In this document: positions 1-9,003 of the stretch, in pieces | Numbering within the stretch: position 1 is the first letter of the stretch | Layout of the letters: each line of letters starts with the position of its first letter | IMG/VR virus record: IMGVR_UViG_3300044941_000515 | Coordinates: 1-36,821 of that record | DNA: 36,821 nucleotides | Strand: one strand, 5' to 3' | Origin: a virus | Lineage: Duplodnaviria; Caudoviricetes | Program-made: the position numbers and the translations under genes | Notes under the pieces: model-generated | Told to the model about the DNA's origin: nothing | Seen by the model: only the letters and a program-made list of their open reading frames with translations | Databases searched by the model: none

Positions 1-198
1 TCAGCCGTCAGAGGCGTTGGCCTTCGCGCCCTTGCGGCCTTGCTCGATGCCGGCGCGGTAGGCCGCTTCCAGCGCATCCCGCAGTTCAAGCACTGAGACT
101 TCATGAAAGTCCAGACTGTCGCGACGGCGGGATTCCAGCGTTTCGATCCGCAGGTGCTGCTGTGCGATGCGGGTCAGGCGTGTGTCGAGGTGTTTCAT
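1..198 (-). CDS. Small conserved phage protein, DUF6900-like
   Basis: 65 aa with IAQQHLRIETLESRRRDSLDFHEVSV...ALEAAYRAG, which resembles DUF6900. Preceded by the repeated motif. Confidence 0.75.
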   Translation of the reverse strand: MKHLDTRLTRIAQQHLRIETLESRRRDSLDFHEVSVLELRDALEAAYRAGIEQGRKGAKANASDG

Positions 199-227
199 GT
201 CTTGTGGGCTGATGGCGTGGAGTGCTG

Positions 228-258
228 CATGAACGCGCTGTTCGGGAAAGAAGCCAAG
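228..258 (-). promoter_or_regulatory. Repeated 31-bp upstream motif, copy 1
   Basis: Minus strand CTTGGCTTC-TTTCCC-GAACAGCGCGTTCATG, 29 nt upstream of the ATG at 198. Confidence 0.8.
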
Positions 259-276
259 TCGAATTGGCTTCTTTTT
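248..276. terminator. Hairpin, possible bidirectional intrinsic terminator, overlapping motif copy 1
   Basis: AAGAAGCCAA-GTCGAA-TTGGCTTCTT (10-bp stem) with T-runs on both strands, just downstream of ORF 289..648. Confidence 0.55.
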
Positions 277-288
277 CGGGGATTTCGG

Positions 289-648
289 CTATCCGAGGCG
301 CGCGACGTAGCGGGCGAAGTCGCCGCCCGAGGGATCGACGTAGAGGTAGGGGCGACCGGGCGCGTGAACTTCGACACAGAGCACGCCGTCGGCGATGTTG
401 CCGCCCTTGCCTCGGAGCCATTCTCGAGAGAGATAGAGGTGTCGCGCGAAAGTGTCGAACTCGGCGGGCGTCATTTCGACCGTTTCGGTGATGAATATGC
501 GCGCGTTGCCGCTGGCGCACATCTCTTCGAGGCTCTCGGGCTTGCGTGCGAAGGGGAGTCGCACGCCGAGTTCTTCGACATGCAGCGTTTCGCCGCCGAA
601 CACCAGCGTGCGGGGCGTGCGTTCAATGGTGATGGTCATGGTGGGCAT
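289..648 (-). CDS. Hypothetical phage protein (C-terminal VDPSGGDFARY, weakly DUF6329-like)
   Basis: 119 aa with globular composition, GGAG RBS and upstream motif. Confidence 0.75.
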   Translation of the reverse strand: MPTMTITIERTPRTLVFGGETLHVEELGVRLPFARKPESLEEMCASGNARIFITETVEMTPAEFDTFARHLYLSREWLRGKGGNIADGVLCVEVHAPGRPYLYVDPSGGDFARYVARLG

Positions 649-686
649 GGGAGTTCTCCGTGTGGGCGTCGGCGATTCGACGCGAC

Positions 687-717
687 CATGAACGCGCTGT
701 GTGCGATGGAAGCCAAG
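687..717 (-). promoter_or_regulatory. Repeated 31-bp upstream motif, copy 2
   Basis: Minus strand CTTGGCTTC-CATCGC-ACACAGCGCGTTCATG, 38 nt upstream of the ATG at 648. Confidence 0.8.
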
Positions 718-759
718 CGCCGCGAGCGCGTAGATCGTCGCCGTACAGGTGGGTGTATC

Positions 760-786
760 GCGCCCCGCGCACGCGGCACGGGGCGC
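760..786. terminator. GC-rich hairpin downstream of ORF 796..1056
   Basis: GCGCCCCG...CGGGGCGC 8-bp stem; no clear U-tract. Confidence 0.3.
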
Positions 787-795
787 ATGCCGGCA

Positions 796-1056
796 TCAGC
801 GGCGGCTCTTTCCCACGATTAGGTCGTAGGCATCCCCCAATCGCGCCAACTGGTCGAGACGGACTTGCGGGCAGAGGCGATCTTCGACAGCGACGATGGC
901 ATCGCGCAGCACGTCGCCGCGCTCCGCCAGCGATTGCGCCTTTTCAAGACGCTGCAGTTGAAGCTCGATGTCCGAGCGCGTGGCGGCGAGTGCATCGATC
1001 AGCGCGCGCAAATGGCGCTCGCCTTCGTCCTGGGCGGCGGGTCTGTCATCGTTCAT
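796..1056 (-). CDS. Hypothetical helical/coiled-coil protein
   Basis: Start at MNDDRPAAQ (ATG 1056) chosen from the GGAG RBS and upstream motif; 86 aa. Confidence 0.65.
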   Translation of the reverse strand: MNDDRPAAQDEGERHLRALIDALAATRSDIELQLQRLEKAQSLAERGDVLRDAIVAVEDRLCPQVRLDQLARLGDAYDLIVGKSRR

Positions 1057-1080
1057 GGGCGTCTCCGTGGTGTGTGGCCG

Positions 1081-1111
1081 CATGAACGCGCTGTCGCCGC
1101 GACGAGCCAAG
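1081..1111 (-). promoter_or_regulatory. Repeated 31-bp upstream motif, copy 3
   Basis: Minus strand CTTGGCTCG-TCGCGG-CGACAGCGCGTTCATG, 24 nt upstream of the ATG at 1056. Confidence 0.75.
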
Positions 1112-1188
1112 CGCGAAGTGATGTCGCGCTGCGACAACCGGACACCCGTCGTAGAGGGTTCAACCTGCGTATTGACTTCGCGTAGGCA

Positions 1189-3675
1189 CTACGCCAACCG
1201 GCGCAGACTGACACGCTCGATGCGGCCGGCGAACGCGGCGTCGGCGGCGATGCGCAGCGCGGTGTTCGCGTTCGCGGTGAGCATTTCGACGAAGGCGCCA
1301 TTCGCGTTGCGCGTCGCGCCATCGATGGGTGCGACGCCCGCGAGGCCGACGCGTACCGAACCCGCCGTGACCTGGGACAACACCAGTTCGGTGCGGTACA
1401 CGCCGCCATCGACGAACGCGAACATCTGCATGAGATCGGAAGCGGTACCGGCGACCTTGACCGCGGCGCTGCCGGCGATCGACCAGCCGGCGCCGAGCGT
1501 CCACGCCGCCTGGGTGTCGAAGTCCGCATTCGCGAGCTTCTCGCCGCATTCGCAGGCGATCGTCCGGATGTGCCGCTGGCGGGACACGAGTACGCCGCGG
1601 CGACTGTCGACCTCGACGCGGACGGTGGCGTCATTGGCCAGCAGCACCTCGACCGTATGACTCGTCCCGACGATGCCCGTCGTCTCGTGCAGCACCGTCC
1701 CGCTGAGCGCGTGAAGGACGCGCACGGTCGTCGTCGTGCCCGGCTCCGGGCCGATGCTGCCGGCCTCATGCTCGATCAGACGATCACCCTGCAGCACGCG
1801 ATCGCGGTGCGCCCAGGCGAGGTCGAGTCGCGCGAACGCCGCCTGCGGCCACGCGGCACCGTTGATCCGCAACCGGCCCGGCGGATAGGGCCGGGCGTGG
1901 CGCGCGTCGAGTCGCACCTGTGCGATCGGCGCGAGTGCGGGATCGAGCGTGCCCTGTTGCGTGCGCGTAAGCAGTTTCGCCTGGACGGTGTCCCCGGCGA
2001 GGTACTCGGTCGGATCGGCGCCGACATAGGTGTCCGTGAACCACACCCGCACACCCGCCGCGTGCGGCGTCGGCACGGTATCGACGCAACCGCGTGCGAT
2101 CGTCAGGGTACCGACGACCGGATCGATGGCATCGATGCGAACGAGTTCTTCGTCGATCAACGCTTCGCTGCCGGCGGCGACCAGATCCAGGTCGCGCAGG
2201 TCCGCCAGCATCGCCACCGTGTCGGTCGGCCCCAGCGCACCCGCGAGGGTCGCCGTGGCCGAGAAGTCCCCGCCCGCGACCTCGACGAAGTCGCCCGCGC
2301 CGGTGCGCGTGACGAGCGAGTAGCCGTAGGCCGGCCCGTTCGGGCGTGCGCCGAGCGCGACCACGAATCCCGCATCGTCCTCGATCTGCGCCAGATCGGC
2401 CGGACGCAAGCGGCCGGCGAGATCGCGATACGTCGCCTCGACCAGGCGCTGCGCCGGCACCGGCAGTGGGCGCGTGTCCGGCGGCGTCCACGGGCCGATC
2501 ACCGGCCGCAGGTACGTGGTCGCCGCCATGCCGTCGATGTCCTGCACCAGCGTGAGCGCGAGCGCGCCGTCCGTGCGCGTGCCCTCGTCCACTTCCAGCA
2601 CCCGCACCGGCATGCGCTGCACGCCCTTGCGCCGCCAGGACAGCGCGAGCACGTCGCCGCGCTTCACGCCCCACCAGCGACGGTCGACGGTGAGCTTGAT
2701 CCGCTGCAGCAGGCTGCTGGCGGCGCTGGTTTCCCGTGCGGCGACGCGCTCGCACAGACTGCGGTTCCACAGACCTGGCAGCGTACGCCGATCGGCGACG
2801 ACGCGGCCCTGCGCCTGGACGTTCGCCATGTTCTGGAAGGTCGCGGCGAGTTCGAGGTTCGTCACGCAGTCGCGACCAAGCACAGTGACTTCGTTCACCG
2901 AACCATCGAGCAACGGCGTCTGCCAGCTCTCCAACGCGAGCACGCTGGTTTCGTCGAGCAGCGGCAACGTGGCGACATCGTAGTCGGGTCGGAACAACCG
3001 GTACACGAACTGGCCGCGCATCGGATCGAACGCCCACAGTCCACCGACGTGTGTGTTCACCGTCTGCAGAAAATTCCCGATCGAGTCCCCGCGTCGCCAA
3101 CCGAGACACAAGCCGAATTGCTCATCGTGCAACTGCTCGGCTGCGCTCAGAAAACTATCGCCATCGATCAACGCCGGATCGAGCCCGCAGCCCCACACCG
3201 TGTCGGTGAGGCACTGGTAGTGGATGTGCGCGGCGTTCATGCCGCGACCGATGCGCGCGAGCTGCGGCTGCCACACCGGCGTCGACCAGCCCTGCACGAA
3301 GCGTCCCCAGCGCTTGGCCCACAGCTTCAGATAGGGGTTCATCGCCCCGACCATTCCGCGGTACAGCGTGGTGCAGAGCCCGCGCGCGGCGGGCCACGGC
3401 CCCGGCACCTGCTGCTGCAGGTAGGGCACCGGCATCTGGTCCGGCTCGCCCATGCGGATCTGCAGCGTGCCGACGAGGCCGCCTTCCTTCTTGTCGCCGC
3501 CGAACAGTTGCGGCAAGTTGATCGCCAACGTGCCGCTGCCGGCGCGTTCGCCCTCGAACACCGTCTGCCCGCCGACCTTCACGCCCGCGAGGTAGTCGTT
3601 CGGGCCGATCGACTCGCCCATGTACAGGTACATGAAGTGCCGGAAGCCGATCGTCGGCTTGCTCGACTTACCCAC
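1189..3675 (-). CDS. Tail tip / central fibre (host-specificity) protein with a C-terminal beta-sandwich (CBM-like) domain
   Basis: 828 aa. MGKSSKPTIGFRHFM start, LFGGDKKEGG, MNPYLK, MNAAHIHYQCLTD-WG, ARGCVDTVP and RPYPPG motifs are typical of D3112/YuA-type tail proteins. Last gene of the tail module. Confidence 0.85.
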   Translation of the reverse strand: MGKSSKPTIGFRHFMYLYMGESIGPNDYLAGVKVGGQTVFEGERAGSGTLAINLPQLFGGDKKEGGLVGTLQIRMGEPDQMPVPYLQQQVPGPWPAARGLCTTLYRGMVGAMNPYLKLWAKRWGRFVQGWSTPVWQPQLARIGRGMNAAHIHYQCLTDTVWGCGLDPALIDGDSFLSAAEQLHDEQFGLCLGWRRGDSIGNFLQTVNTHVGGLWAFDPMRGQFVYRLFRPDYDVATLPLLDETSVLALESWQTPLLDGSVNEVTVLGRDCVTNLELAATFQNMANVQAQGRVVADRRTLPGLWNRSLCERVAARETSAASSLLQRIKLTVDRRWWGVKRGDVLALSWRRKGVQRMPVRVLEVDEGTRTDGALALTLVQDIDGMAATTYLRPVIGPWTPPDTRPLPVPAQRLVEATYRDLAGRLRPADLAQIEDDAGFVVALGARPNGPAYGYSLVTRTGAGDFVEVAGGDFSATATLAGALGPTDTVAMLADLRDLDLVAAGSEALIDEELVRIDAIDPVVGTLTIARGCVDTVPTPHAAGVRVWFTDTYVGADPTEYLAGDTVQAKLLTRTQQGTLDPALAPIAQVRLDARHARPYPPGRLRINGAAWPQAAFARLDLAWAHRDRVLQGDRLIEHEAGSIGPEPGTTTTVRVLHALSGTVLHETTGIVGTSHTVEVLLANDATVRVEVDSRRGVLVSRQRHIRTIACECGEKLANADFDTQAAWTLGAGWSIAGSAAVKVAGTASDLMQMFAFVDGGVYRTELVLSQVTAGSVRVGLAGVAPIDGATRNANGAFVEMLTANANTALRIAADAAFAGRIERVSLRRLA

Positions 3676-3949
3676 GGCGGCGGTTCCAGGCGCGCAGGCG
3701 CTGCAGGCGGGTGTACCGCGGCGGCGAGACCACGATCGGGCGCAGCGTCGGGATCACGATCGGACGTCGCCGCCAATGCCCGCGCACGAGGGCGCGCAGA
3801 TCCAGGCGCCATAGCGCGTGGAAGAGGCCTGCCGCGATGCCGAAGGCACCGAACGGGCGTTCGCCCGTGACCCACAGCCAGACCCCGGAGAGGATCGAGA
3901 CCACACAGGCGCACACGATCCAGACGCGATACATCGACTCACTTCGCAT
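3668..3949 (-). CDS. Small membrane protein, holin candidate
   Basis: 93 aa with two hydrophobic segments and an Arg-rich C-terminus; overlaps both neighbours. Confidence 0.5.
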   Translation of the reverse strand: MRSESMYRVWIVCACVVSILSGVWLWVTGERPFGAFGIAAGLFHALWRLDLRALVRGHWRRRPIVIPTLRPIVVSPPRYTRLQRLRAWNRRRG

Positions 3950-4208
3950 CGCGCGCCGCCTCTTCGACCAACGCCCGCTCGTCGCGCGCGATCTCGATCA
4001 CGCGGACGACGAAGGGATCGTCGTGCAGGTGGGGGTGGTCGTCGACGGCGATGCCGTCCTCGCACAGCGCGCGCAGATCGATGGCGTGCTGGCGGCACCA
4101 CGCCCGAATGCCCGGCGTGCAGAGCGGCCCGCCGGCCGGATCGATCGCGCGCACGTGCCGAAGGTGAATGCGCAGGCCGCGATTCGAAGGCATGCCGTTC
4201 GATGGCAT
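3939..4208 (-). CDS. Small tail assembly protein
   Basis: IHLRHVR...LCTPGIRAWCRQHAIDLRALCEDGI resembles the small gene preceding the tail-tip gene in D3112-like tails. Start is 4208 or 4193. Confidence 0.7.
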   Translation of the reverse strand: MPSNGMPSNRGLRIHLRHVRAIDPAGGPLCTPGIRAWCRQHAIDLRALCEDGIAVDDHPHLHDDPFVVRVIEIARDERALVEEAARDAK

Positions 4209-4210
4209 GG

Positions 4211-4438
4211 TCACTTCCCACCACTGGCCTTGATCGGCGTGGTGCGCAGATCGCCGTAGGCGAGGACATTGGGATCGTCCACCCACACCTCGCCGAAGAT
4301 CACCATCACCTCGCGACCTTCTTCGGCGGTTGGCACCGAGAAGTCGGCGAGCGACGGCGGCTTGGTCGATTGCGGCTTGGGCCGCATCGCGATGCTGATG
4401 GCGATGGAGAGAATCAGCACGAAGACGTAGACCCACAT
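4211..4438 (-). CDS. Small virion structural / tail assembly protein
   Basis: 75 aa with a hydrophobic N-terminus then PTAEEGREVMVIFGEVWV..PNVLAYGDL, typical of this tail type. Confidence 0.8.
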   Translation of the reverse strand: MWVYVFVLILSIAISIAMRPKPQSTKPPSLADFSVPTAEEGREVMVIFGEVWVDDPNVLAYGDLRTTPIKASGGK

Positions 4439-4534
4439 CGTGGACGGGTTCCTGGGGTGCGAGGTACGCGATGCGGGACGCGCGCAGCCGCCGTCCGGCG
4501 CGGTGGCGCCGGGCGGTGCGTGGGAGGGGGCGCA

Positions 4535-5332
4535 TCAGAAGACCGGATCGCTACCGAAGGGATTGCGCATGCCCTTCAGGGTCGGCTGGCCGCCGTAGTT
4601 CAGTTCATTGCGGAATTTGGGGCAGCCGTTCGGCCCCAGCGTGCGATCGCAGCCGGGGAACGCGACGACGCGCGCATCCTGCGCGAGTGCGGCCGGGGTG
4701 AGCAGGCGCAACGTGGCGCCCACGTGGCTGACCACGAAACGGCGTTCGACGCCGAGTGTCGCCGTCCACTGCAGCACGCCGCCGTCGAAGTGGCCGTCGT
4801 CGAATGCATCGAACGCGGCCGACGACACGGTGTAGCCGGTCGCATCGCTCAGGATCGCGGGGACGGCATGCGCGTCCGGATCGGCGTTGCACAGCCCCAA
4901 CCCCTGGCTGTAGAGCACCAGTGGACAGTTCGACTGCCAGCTACGGCGCAGGCCGAGGGTCTCGACGGCGGCGGCGAGCGACTCGCAGCGCAGCTTGGCG
5001 ACGCTGTGGGTTTCGTCCAGATTGGCGACATGCCCGGTCCAGCCCAGCCGCACCTGACCGTCGCGCACCCGCACCCGCTTGAGGTCCAGGCGCAGGCGCA
5101 GCCCCGGCGGCACCGGGCGGAACAGGTTCAGCAACGGCAGGTCGAGCGGCACGGTGATCTGCAGCGCGTTTTTCGCATCCTCCGCCGACTGCACGATCTT
5201 CTCGCGCGTCAGCGTGATCGGGGCGTAACGCTGGCCTTCGACGATCGCTTCGCGTTTGGCGTCGGTGTAGCGCCAGTGGTGCAGTCCGATCGAAAAGTCG
5301 TACAGCTCGATCTCGCGCGAGAGCAGGCTCAT
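4535..5332 (-). CDS. Tail hub protein (DUF2163 / phage BR0599 family)
   Basis: 265 aa with Cys motifs CPLVLY...LC and PGCDR...CPKFRNELNYGG. Confidence 0.85.
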   Translation of the reverse strand: MSLLSREIELYDFSIGLHHWRYTDAKREAIVEGQRYAPITLTREKIVQSAEDAKNALQITVPLDLPLLNLFRPVPPGLRLRLDLKRVRVRDGQVRLGWTGHVANLDETHSVAKLRCESLAAAVETLGLRRSWQSNCPLVLYSQGLGLCNADPDAHAVPAILSDATGYTVSSAAFDAFDDGHFDGGVLQWTATLGVERRFVVSHVGATLRLLTPAALAQDARVVAFPGCDRTLGPNGCPKFRNELNYGGQPTLKGMRNPFGSDPVF

Positions 5333-5342
5333 GCGTGCGGAC

Positions 5343-7058
5343 TCAGGGTTCTTCCGCCGGAATCCCGGCGAAGGACACAGCGCAGTCGAGCAGACCGTCG
5401 CTGTCGGCGTGGTGGCGCAGCTCGACTGTGTCGCCCGCTAGCGTGACCAGCGCCAGCCAGCTCACCAGGCGGACCTGTTCGGGGCGGACCACACGCCCCA
5501 GCGCGATGTCGATCCTCAGACGTTCCGCAGCATCTCCATTGGCGAGCGTGATCTCGTTCGACGCTTCGATGGCGCGGTACAACACCGCGCCATCGACCAG
5601 TTCGATGCGGACATGGCGACGGCCGGCCTGCTGGCGCAGACTGCGACTGACGCCGCAGGCGGCGACGGTGAGCGTGAGCGCGGTCTCGCCGATCGTCTCG
5701 GTCACGTCGAGATCGTCGGTCCAGGTCGGCAGCCACAGCGCCTCCGCCCGGCCCTGCAAGCCATAGAGCAGACCGCGGTGTGCGGCGCGTTCGGCGCGGC
5801 CGAACAATCGCCAGGCGTGCGACTGCGTGGTCCACACCAGGCCCGACGCATCGTCGACCTGCGTGCGGCCGACGTCGCCATCGAGCAGATCGAAGCGACG
5901 GGCCAGGATCGCGCTCGGGTCACGGGTTTCGTCCGGGCGGTGTTCGAGCACGGGGAAGCCGCGATAGCGCGTCGCCGGCAGTGCAGGCCGCCAGTCGCAG
6001 GGTTCGGTCGCCTCGAAGCGCAGTTGCGTGGACATCAGCCGGTCGGTGTGGCGCCGTAACTCCGGCGCGTCGGTCAGGCGCGCGGTGCGGCACGGGATCA
6101 GGCGTGTGCCGACCGGCCACGCGCGGCGCGTCGGCGCGCGCAGCGTCATGCGACCGTTCGCGATCTGCGCGACTTCGACCAGTTCGTAGGTCGCCACGTC
6201 CCGCCAGAGCATGGCGAGGCTACCGACCGCGAAATCGAGGCCCGCGGTGTCGACCGGGATCTCGGTCACACCCGCGGCGAGCGGCGCACGAAGGTGCGTC
6301 GTGTCGACGAACACAGGCAGCGCCCACACCCGCGCCGTCCAGTCGAACAGCGCGTACTCCACCCAGCGGCGTTCGACGCGATCGGCGAGCACCGCGAACT
6401 CCCACGACCGATGCGGCGCCTCGCGCAGCGGCGTGCGGGTGACGGTGCCGGCGATGGCGATCTGGACATCGGTGAGCCAGGCGAGCGTTTCGGTCAGCGG
6501 CTCGGACCAGTTGGGCGGCAGCGTCCATGCCTGCAGGCGCAGGCCGTCGATCCGGATCGACCACGTCGCGCCGTCGGCGAAGGACAGCCCCGCCACCGCG
6601 TCGATCACCGGCGGGCCGTCGAGGCCCACGGTGAGGGTCAGCACCCGCTCCTGCAATGGACGCAGCGCCAGCGGCAACGCCCCCGGCGCGGCAAGCGTGC
6701 TGCCGGCATCGCCCTCCAGGCGCAATGCGGTCAGCGTCTGCGGGACTGTGCGCCAGGCATTCCACACCGCGATCTCGCGGGTCAGCTCGGAGACGACGTT
6801 CCCAAGCCGAAGCGCGGTCGGCAGGACGTGGACGCGGTCGAACAGGTCCTCCGCGAAACGGTGCGCGAGGCGCCCGGTCGCGGGCCAGCGCAGCGCGGCC
6901 GGCGCCCGAAACACCCCTGCCCGCGCGACGATGCGCTCGCGACGGTACGCGGCCGGGGCGAACGCGGCCTCGCCGAGCGCATTCAACTCGGTCGAGAGCG
7001 CAGGATTGATCGCGCCGAACGCCCGCAGCGTCGGCGCGATGCCGGTCAAGGCCGCCAT
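5343..7058 (-). CDS. Virion structural (distal tail-type) protein
   Basis: Start MAALTG at 7058 overlaps the upstream stop (TGATG). VWNAW, PNWSEPLTETLAWLTDV and WLPTW motifs; 571 aa. Confidence 0.8.
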   Translation of the reverse strand: MAALTGIAPTLRAFGAINPALSTELNALGEAAFAPAAYRRERIVARAGVFRAPAALRWPATGRLAHRFAEDLFDRVHVLPTALRLGNVVSELTREIAVWNAWRTVPQTLTALRLEGDAGSTLAAPGALPLALRPLQERVLTLTVGLDGPPVIDAVAGLSFADGATWSIRIDGLRLQAWTLPPNWSEPLTETLAWLTDVQIAIAGTVTRTPLREAPHRSWEFAVLADRVERRWVEYALFDWTARVWALPVFVDTTHLRAPLAAGVTEIPVDTAGLDFAVGSLAMLWRDVATYELVEVAQIANGRMTLRAPTRRAWPVGTRLIPCRTARLTDAPELRRHTDRLMSTQLRFEATEPCDWRPALPATRYRGFPVLEHRPDETRDPSAILARRFDLLDGDVGRTQVDDASGLVWTTQSHAWRLFGRAERAAHRGLLYGLQGRAEALWLPTWTDDLDVTETIGETALTLTVAACGVSRSLRQQAGRRHVRIELVDGAVLYRAIEASNEITLANGDAAERLRIDIALGRVVRPEQVRLVSWLALVTLAGDTVELRHHADSDGLLDCAVSFAGIPAEEP

Positions 7059-7978
7059 CAGGGCACGTCCCGCAGCGCGACGCCGAAGGTGCCGGAATGC
7101 TGTGCGCCGATCGGCCAGCCGGCGCCATTGCGCTGCACCGGGTGAACCGCGTGCAACGGATACGCCCACCAGCGTTCGGGGCCGTAGAGCAGCGGTTGGC
7201 TCAGATCGAGGTGATCGAGCCGGCAGTAACGCGCGTGCGCGAACGTGGCGACGATGGTCTGCCCTTGCGCCTGGCGCGCGAGCAGCACGTCGATCGGCAG
7301 CAGCACGGTCGCCTGATTGAAGGTGGATGGCAGCGCGTGCAACAAGCCGGCCTTGTGCGAGACGCCGAGCAGTTCGCCCGGCGCGCCACCGTTGGCGGTG
7401 CGCCAGCCCGCCGCGCCTTCCAGCCCACAGTGGATGAACGACGAGTGATAGCTGCCGGCCGCGCTCGCGAAGAAGAACCCGAGCCCGAGTCCGTCGTAAG
7501 GCAACGCACCGAGATCCGTGCCGCTGTTGGCGGCGATGAACACGCGACAGGTCGCCGAGGTGCCGAGGACATCGCCGCGGAACGACCCGCTGCACCACAG
7601 GCCGGTACCGCCGATCTGCGGCATCGAGGACACGCCCCAATTGAGATGCTGGTGGCGATCGACGTTGTAGCGCAGCACGCAGTAGATCTCGTCCGGCGCG
7701 TCGAACGCGTGCAGCACGTAGACGGCCGGCCACTGGATCGGCGCGTTGGCGAAGGACAACAGCTTCACCGACTGCGGGCAGGCGCCGGTCAGCGCCGCAC
7801 CCGCCTGACCGGTTCCGGCCTGCAGGCGCAGTTCCGTCGCCGTCGCGGTCAGTTGCACGAAGGCGACGCCCTTGCTGAGGATGCCGCTCGCGAGCGTCCA
7901 GCCGCGCGCGGTCAGCGTCGTCTCGATAGCGGCCTTCAGGGCCGCGAAACTCGCGACCTGACCGGAGACAGTCGCCAT
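7058..7978 (-). CDS. Virion structural protein
   Basis: Coupled start at 7978; ends HSGTFGVALRDVP, like D3112-type post-tape-measure proteins. Confidence 0.75.
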   Translation of the reverse strand: MATVSGQVASFAALKAAIETTLTARGWTLASGILSKGVAFVQLTATATELRLQAGTGQAGAALTGACPQSVKLLSFANAPIQWPAVYVLHAFDAPDEIYCVLRYNVDRHQHLNWGVSSMPQIGGTGLWCSGSFRGDVLGTSATCRVFIAANSGTDLGALPYDGLGLGFFFASAAGSYHSSFIHCGLEGAAGWRTANGGAPGELLGVSHKAGLLHALPSTFNQATVLLPIDVLLARQAQGQTIVATFAHARYCRLDHLDLSQPLLYGPERWWAYPLHAVHPVQRNGAGWPIGAQHSGTFGVALRDVP

Positions 7979-9003
7979 CAGCTCATCTCCACCGCGACGT
8001 AATCGCGCCACGTCGTGCGCGCGCCGTCCTGCAGCACCACGAACGCGCGGCCGTTCACCGCGCGGATCGCATCGACCGCCTGGCGCACGCTCATGCCCGT
8101 TTGATCGATGACCGCGCTGCCCTCGAGCTGCAGCACGTTCTCGGAGGCGTTGTTGTAGCCGGAGACCATGCTCACGCCATCGAGCACGCCGTAGAGATTG
8201 CCGCTGCTGGGATAGGCGCGTGCATCGTTGTCGTAGGCGCCGAATTGCATCTCGTACAGTTCCAGCGGCTGCGGTTGGTGCAGGGTGCCGGCCGGCACGA
8301 GGCAGCGATACCCGCTGCCATTGCGACCGACGTAGTCACCGGCCAGTCCGGCGTAGGTGACCTCGGTGCCCTGGCCGTTGCCGAACGGCGAGATCTGCAC
8401 CTTCTTCCAGGTCCCGCCAGCATCGCGCAGGAACAGGAAGCCATCGTTGTAGCCAGCCTCGCTGCTCCCCTTGCGGCCCTTGTAGGGGAACCAGTGCAAG
8501 TCGCTGTAGCGTTTGGTCTCGCGGCCGTCGAAGTGCCCCGCCACGATCAGCGGCGAAGGAAACTCCCTCGGCCGGGCATACGCCAGCGCCTTGCCGACGT
8601 AGAGGTGCGCGTAGATCGGCGAGCCGACCTTGAGCGCGCCCACGATCCGGCGCGGATTGGCGGTCAGGAAGTAGCTCACCGCCTGGTTGTGACCCGGCAC
8701 GCCCGAAGTCTTGATCCCGGGCTGCGCCTCGAACGGCGCGGCGGGAACGTAGCCGGTCATCGTCGCGGCGAGCAGGTTGTAGTAATCCGCCGCGATGTTC
8801 TGGTACGCCTTGAAGCCGACCGTGATCTCCTCCTCGCCCGTGGTGCCGGTCGAACGCAGGATCAGTTCGCGTTCGGGAATCGAGGCGTCGAAACGCAGCG
8901 TCGTCCAGCCGGCGCTTTCGGCCAGCGCGCGCAGGACATCGAGCAATTGCAGGTGGGCGTCCGGGCCTGCGCCCCTGACCACGGTGTCGATCGCATACGC
9001 CAT
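7978..9003 (-). CDS. Virion structural protein
   Basis: Start MAYAID at 9003 is coupled to the tape measure stop. FEAQPG, YARPREFPSPL and LYGVLDGV..VSGYNNASEN motifs. Confidence 0.78.
   Translation of the reverse strand: MAYAIDTVVRGAGPDAHLQLLDVLRALAESAGWTTLRFDASIPERELILRSTGTTGEEEITVGFKAYQNIAADYYNLLAATMTGYVPAAPFEAQPGIKTSGVPGHNQAVSYFLTANPRRIVGALKVGSPIYAHLYVGKALAYARPREFPSPLIVAGHFDGRETKRYSDLHWFPYKGRKGSSEAGYNDGFLFLRDAGGTWKKVQISPFGNGQGTEVTYAGLAGDYVGRNGSGYRCLVPAGTLHQPQPLELYEMQFGAYDNDARAYPSSGNLYGVLDGVSMVSGYNNASENVLQLEGSAVIDQTGMSVRQAVDAIRAVNGRAFVVLQDGARTTWRDYVAVEMS

Noticed and set aside
228-1111. The 31-bp repeats as a CRISPR array or integron attC sites
   Set aside because: Spacing is about 400-450 nt with whole genes between copies and a variable core. 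There are no RYYYAAC/GTTRRRY ends in the right arrangement, and no cas operon or integron integrase.
1189-3675. Diversity-generating retroelement or invertible tail-fibre switch
   Set aside because: No reverse transcriptase, invertase or template/variable repeat pair was seen in the window.
4179-4208. 15-nt imperfect tandem duplication encoding MPSNG-MPSNR
   Set aside because: A small local duplication that only makes the start codon ambiguous; no sign of function.
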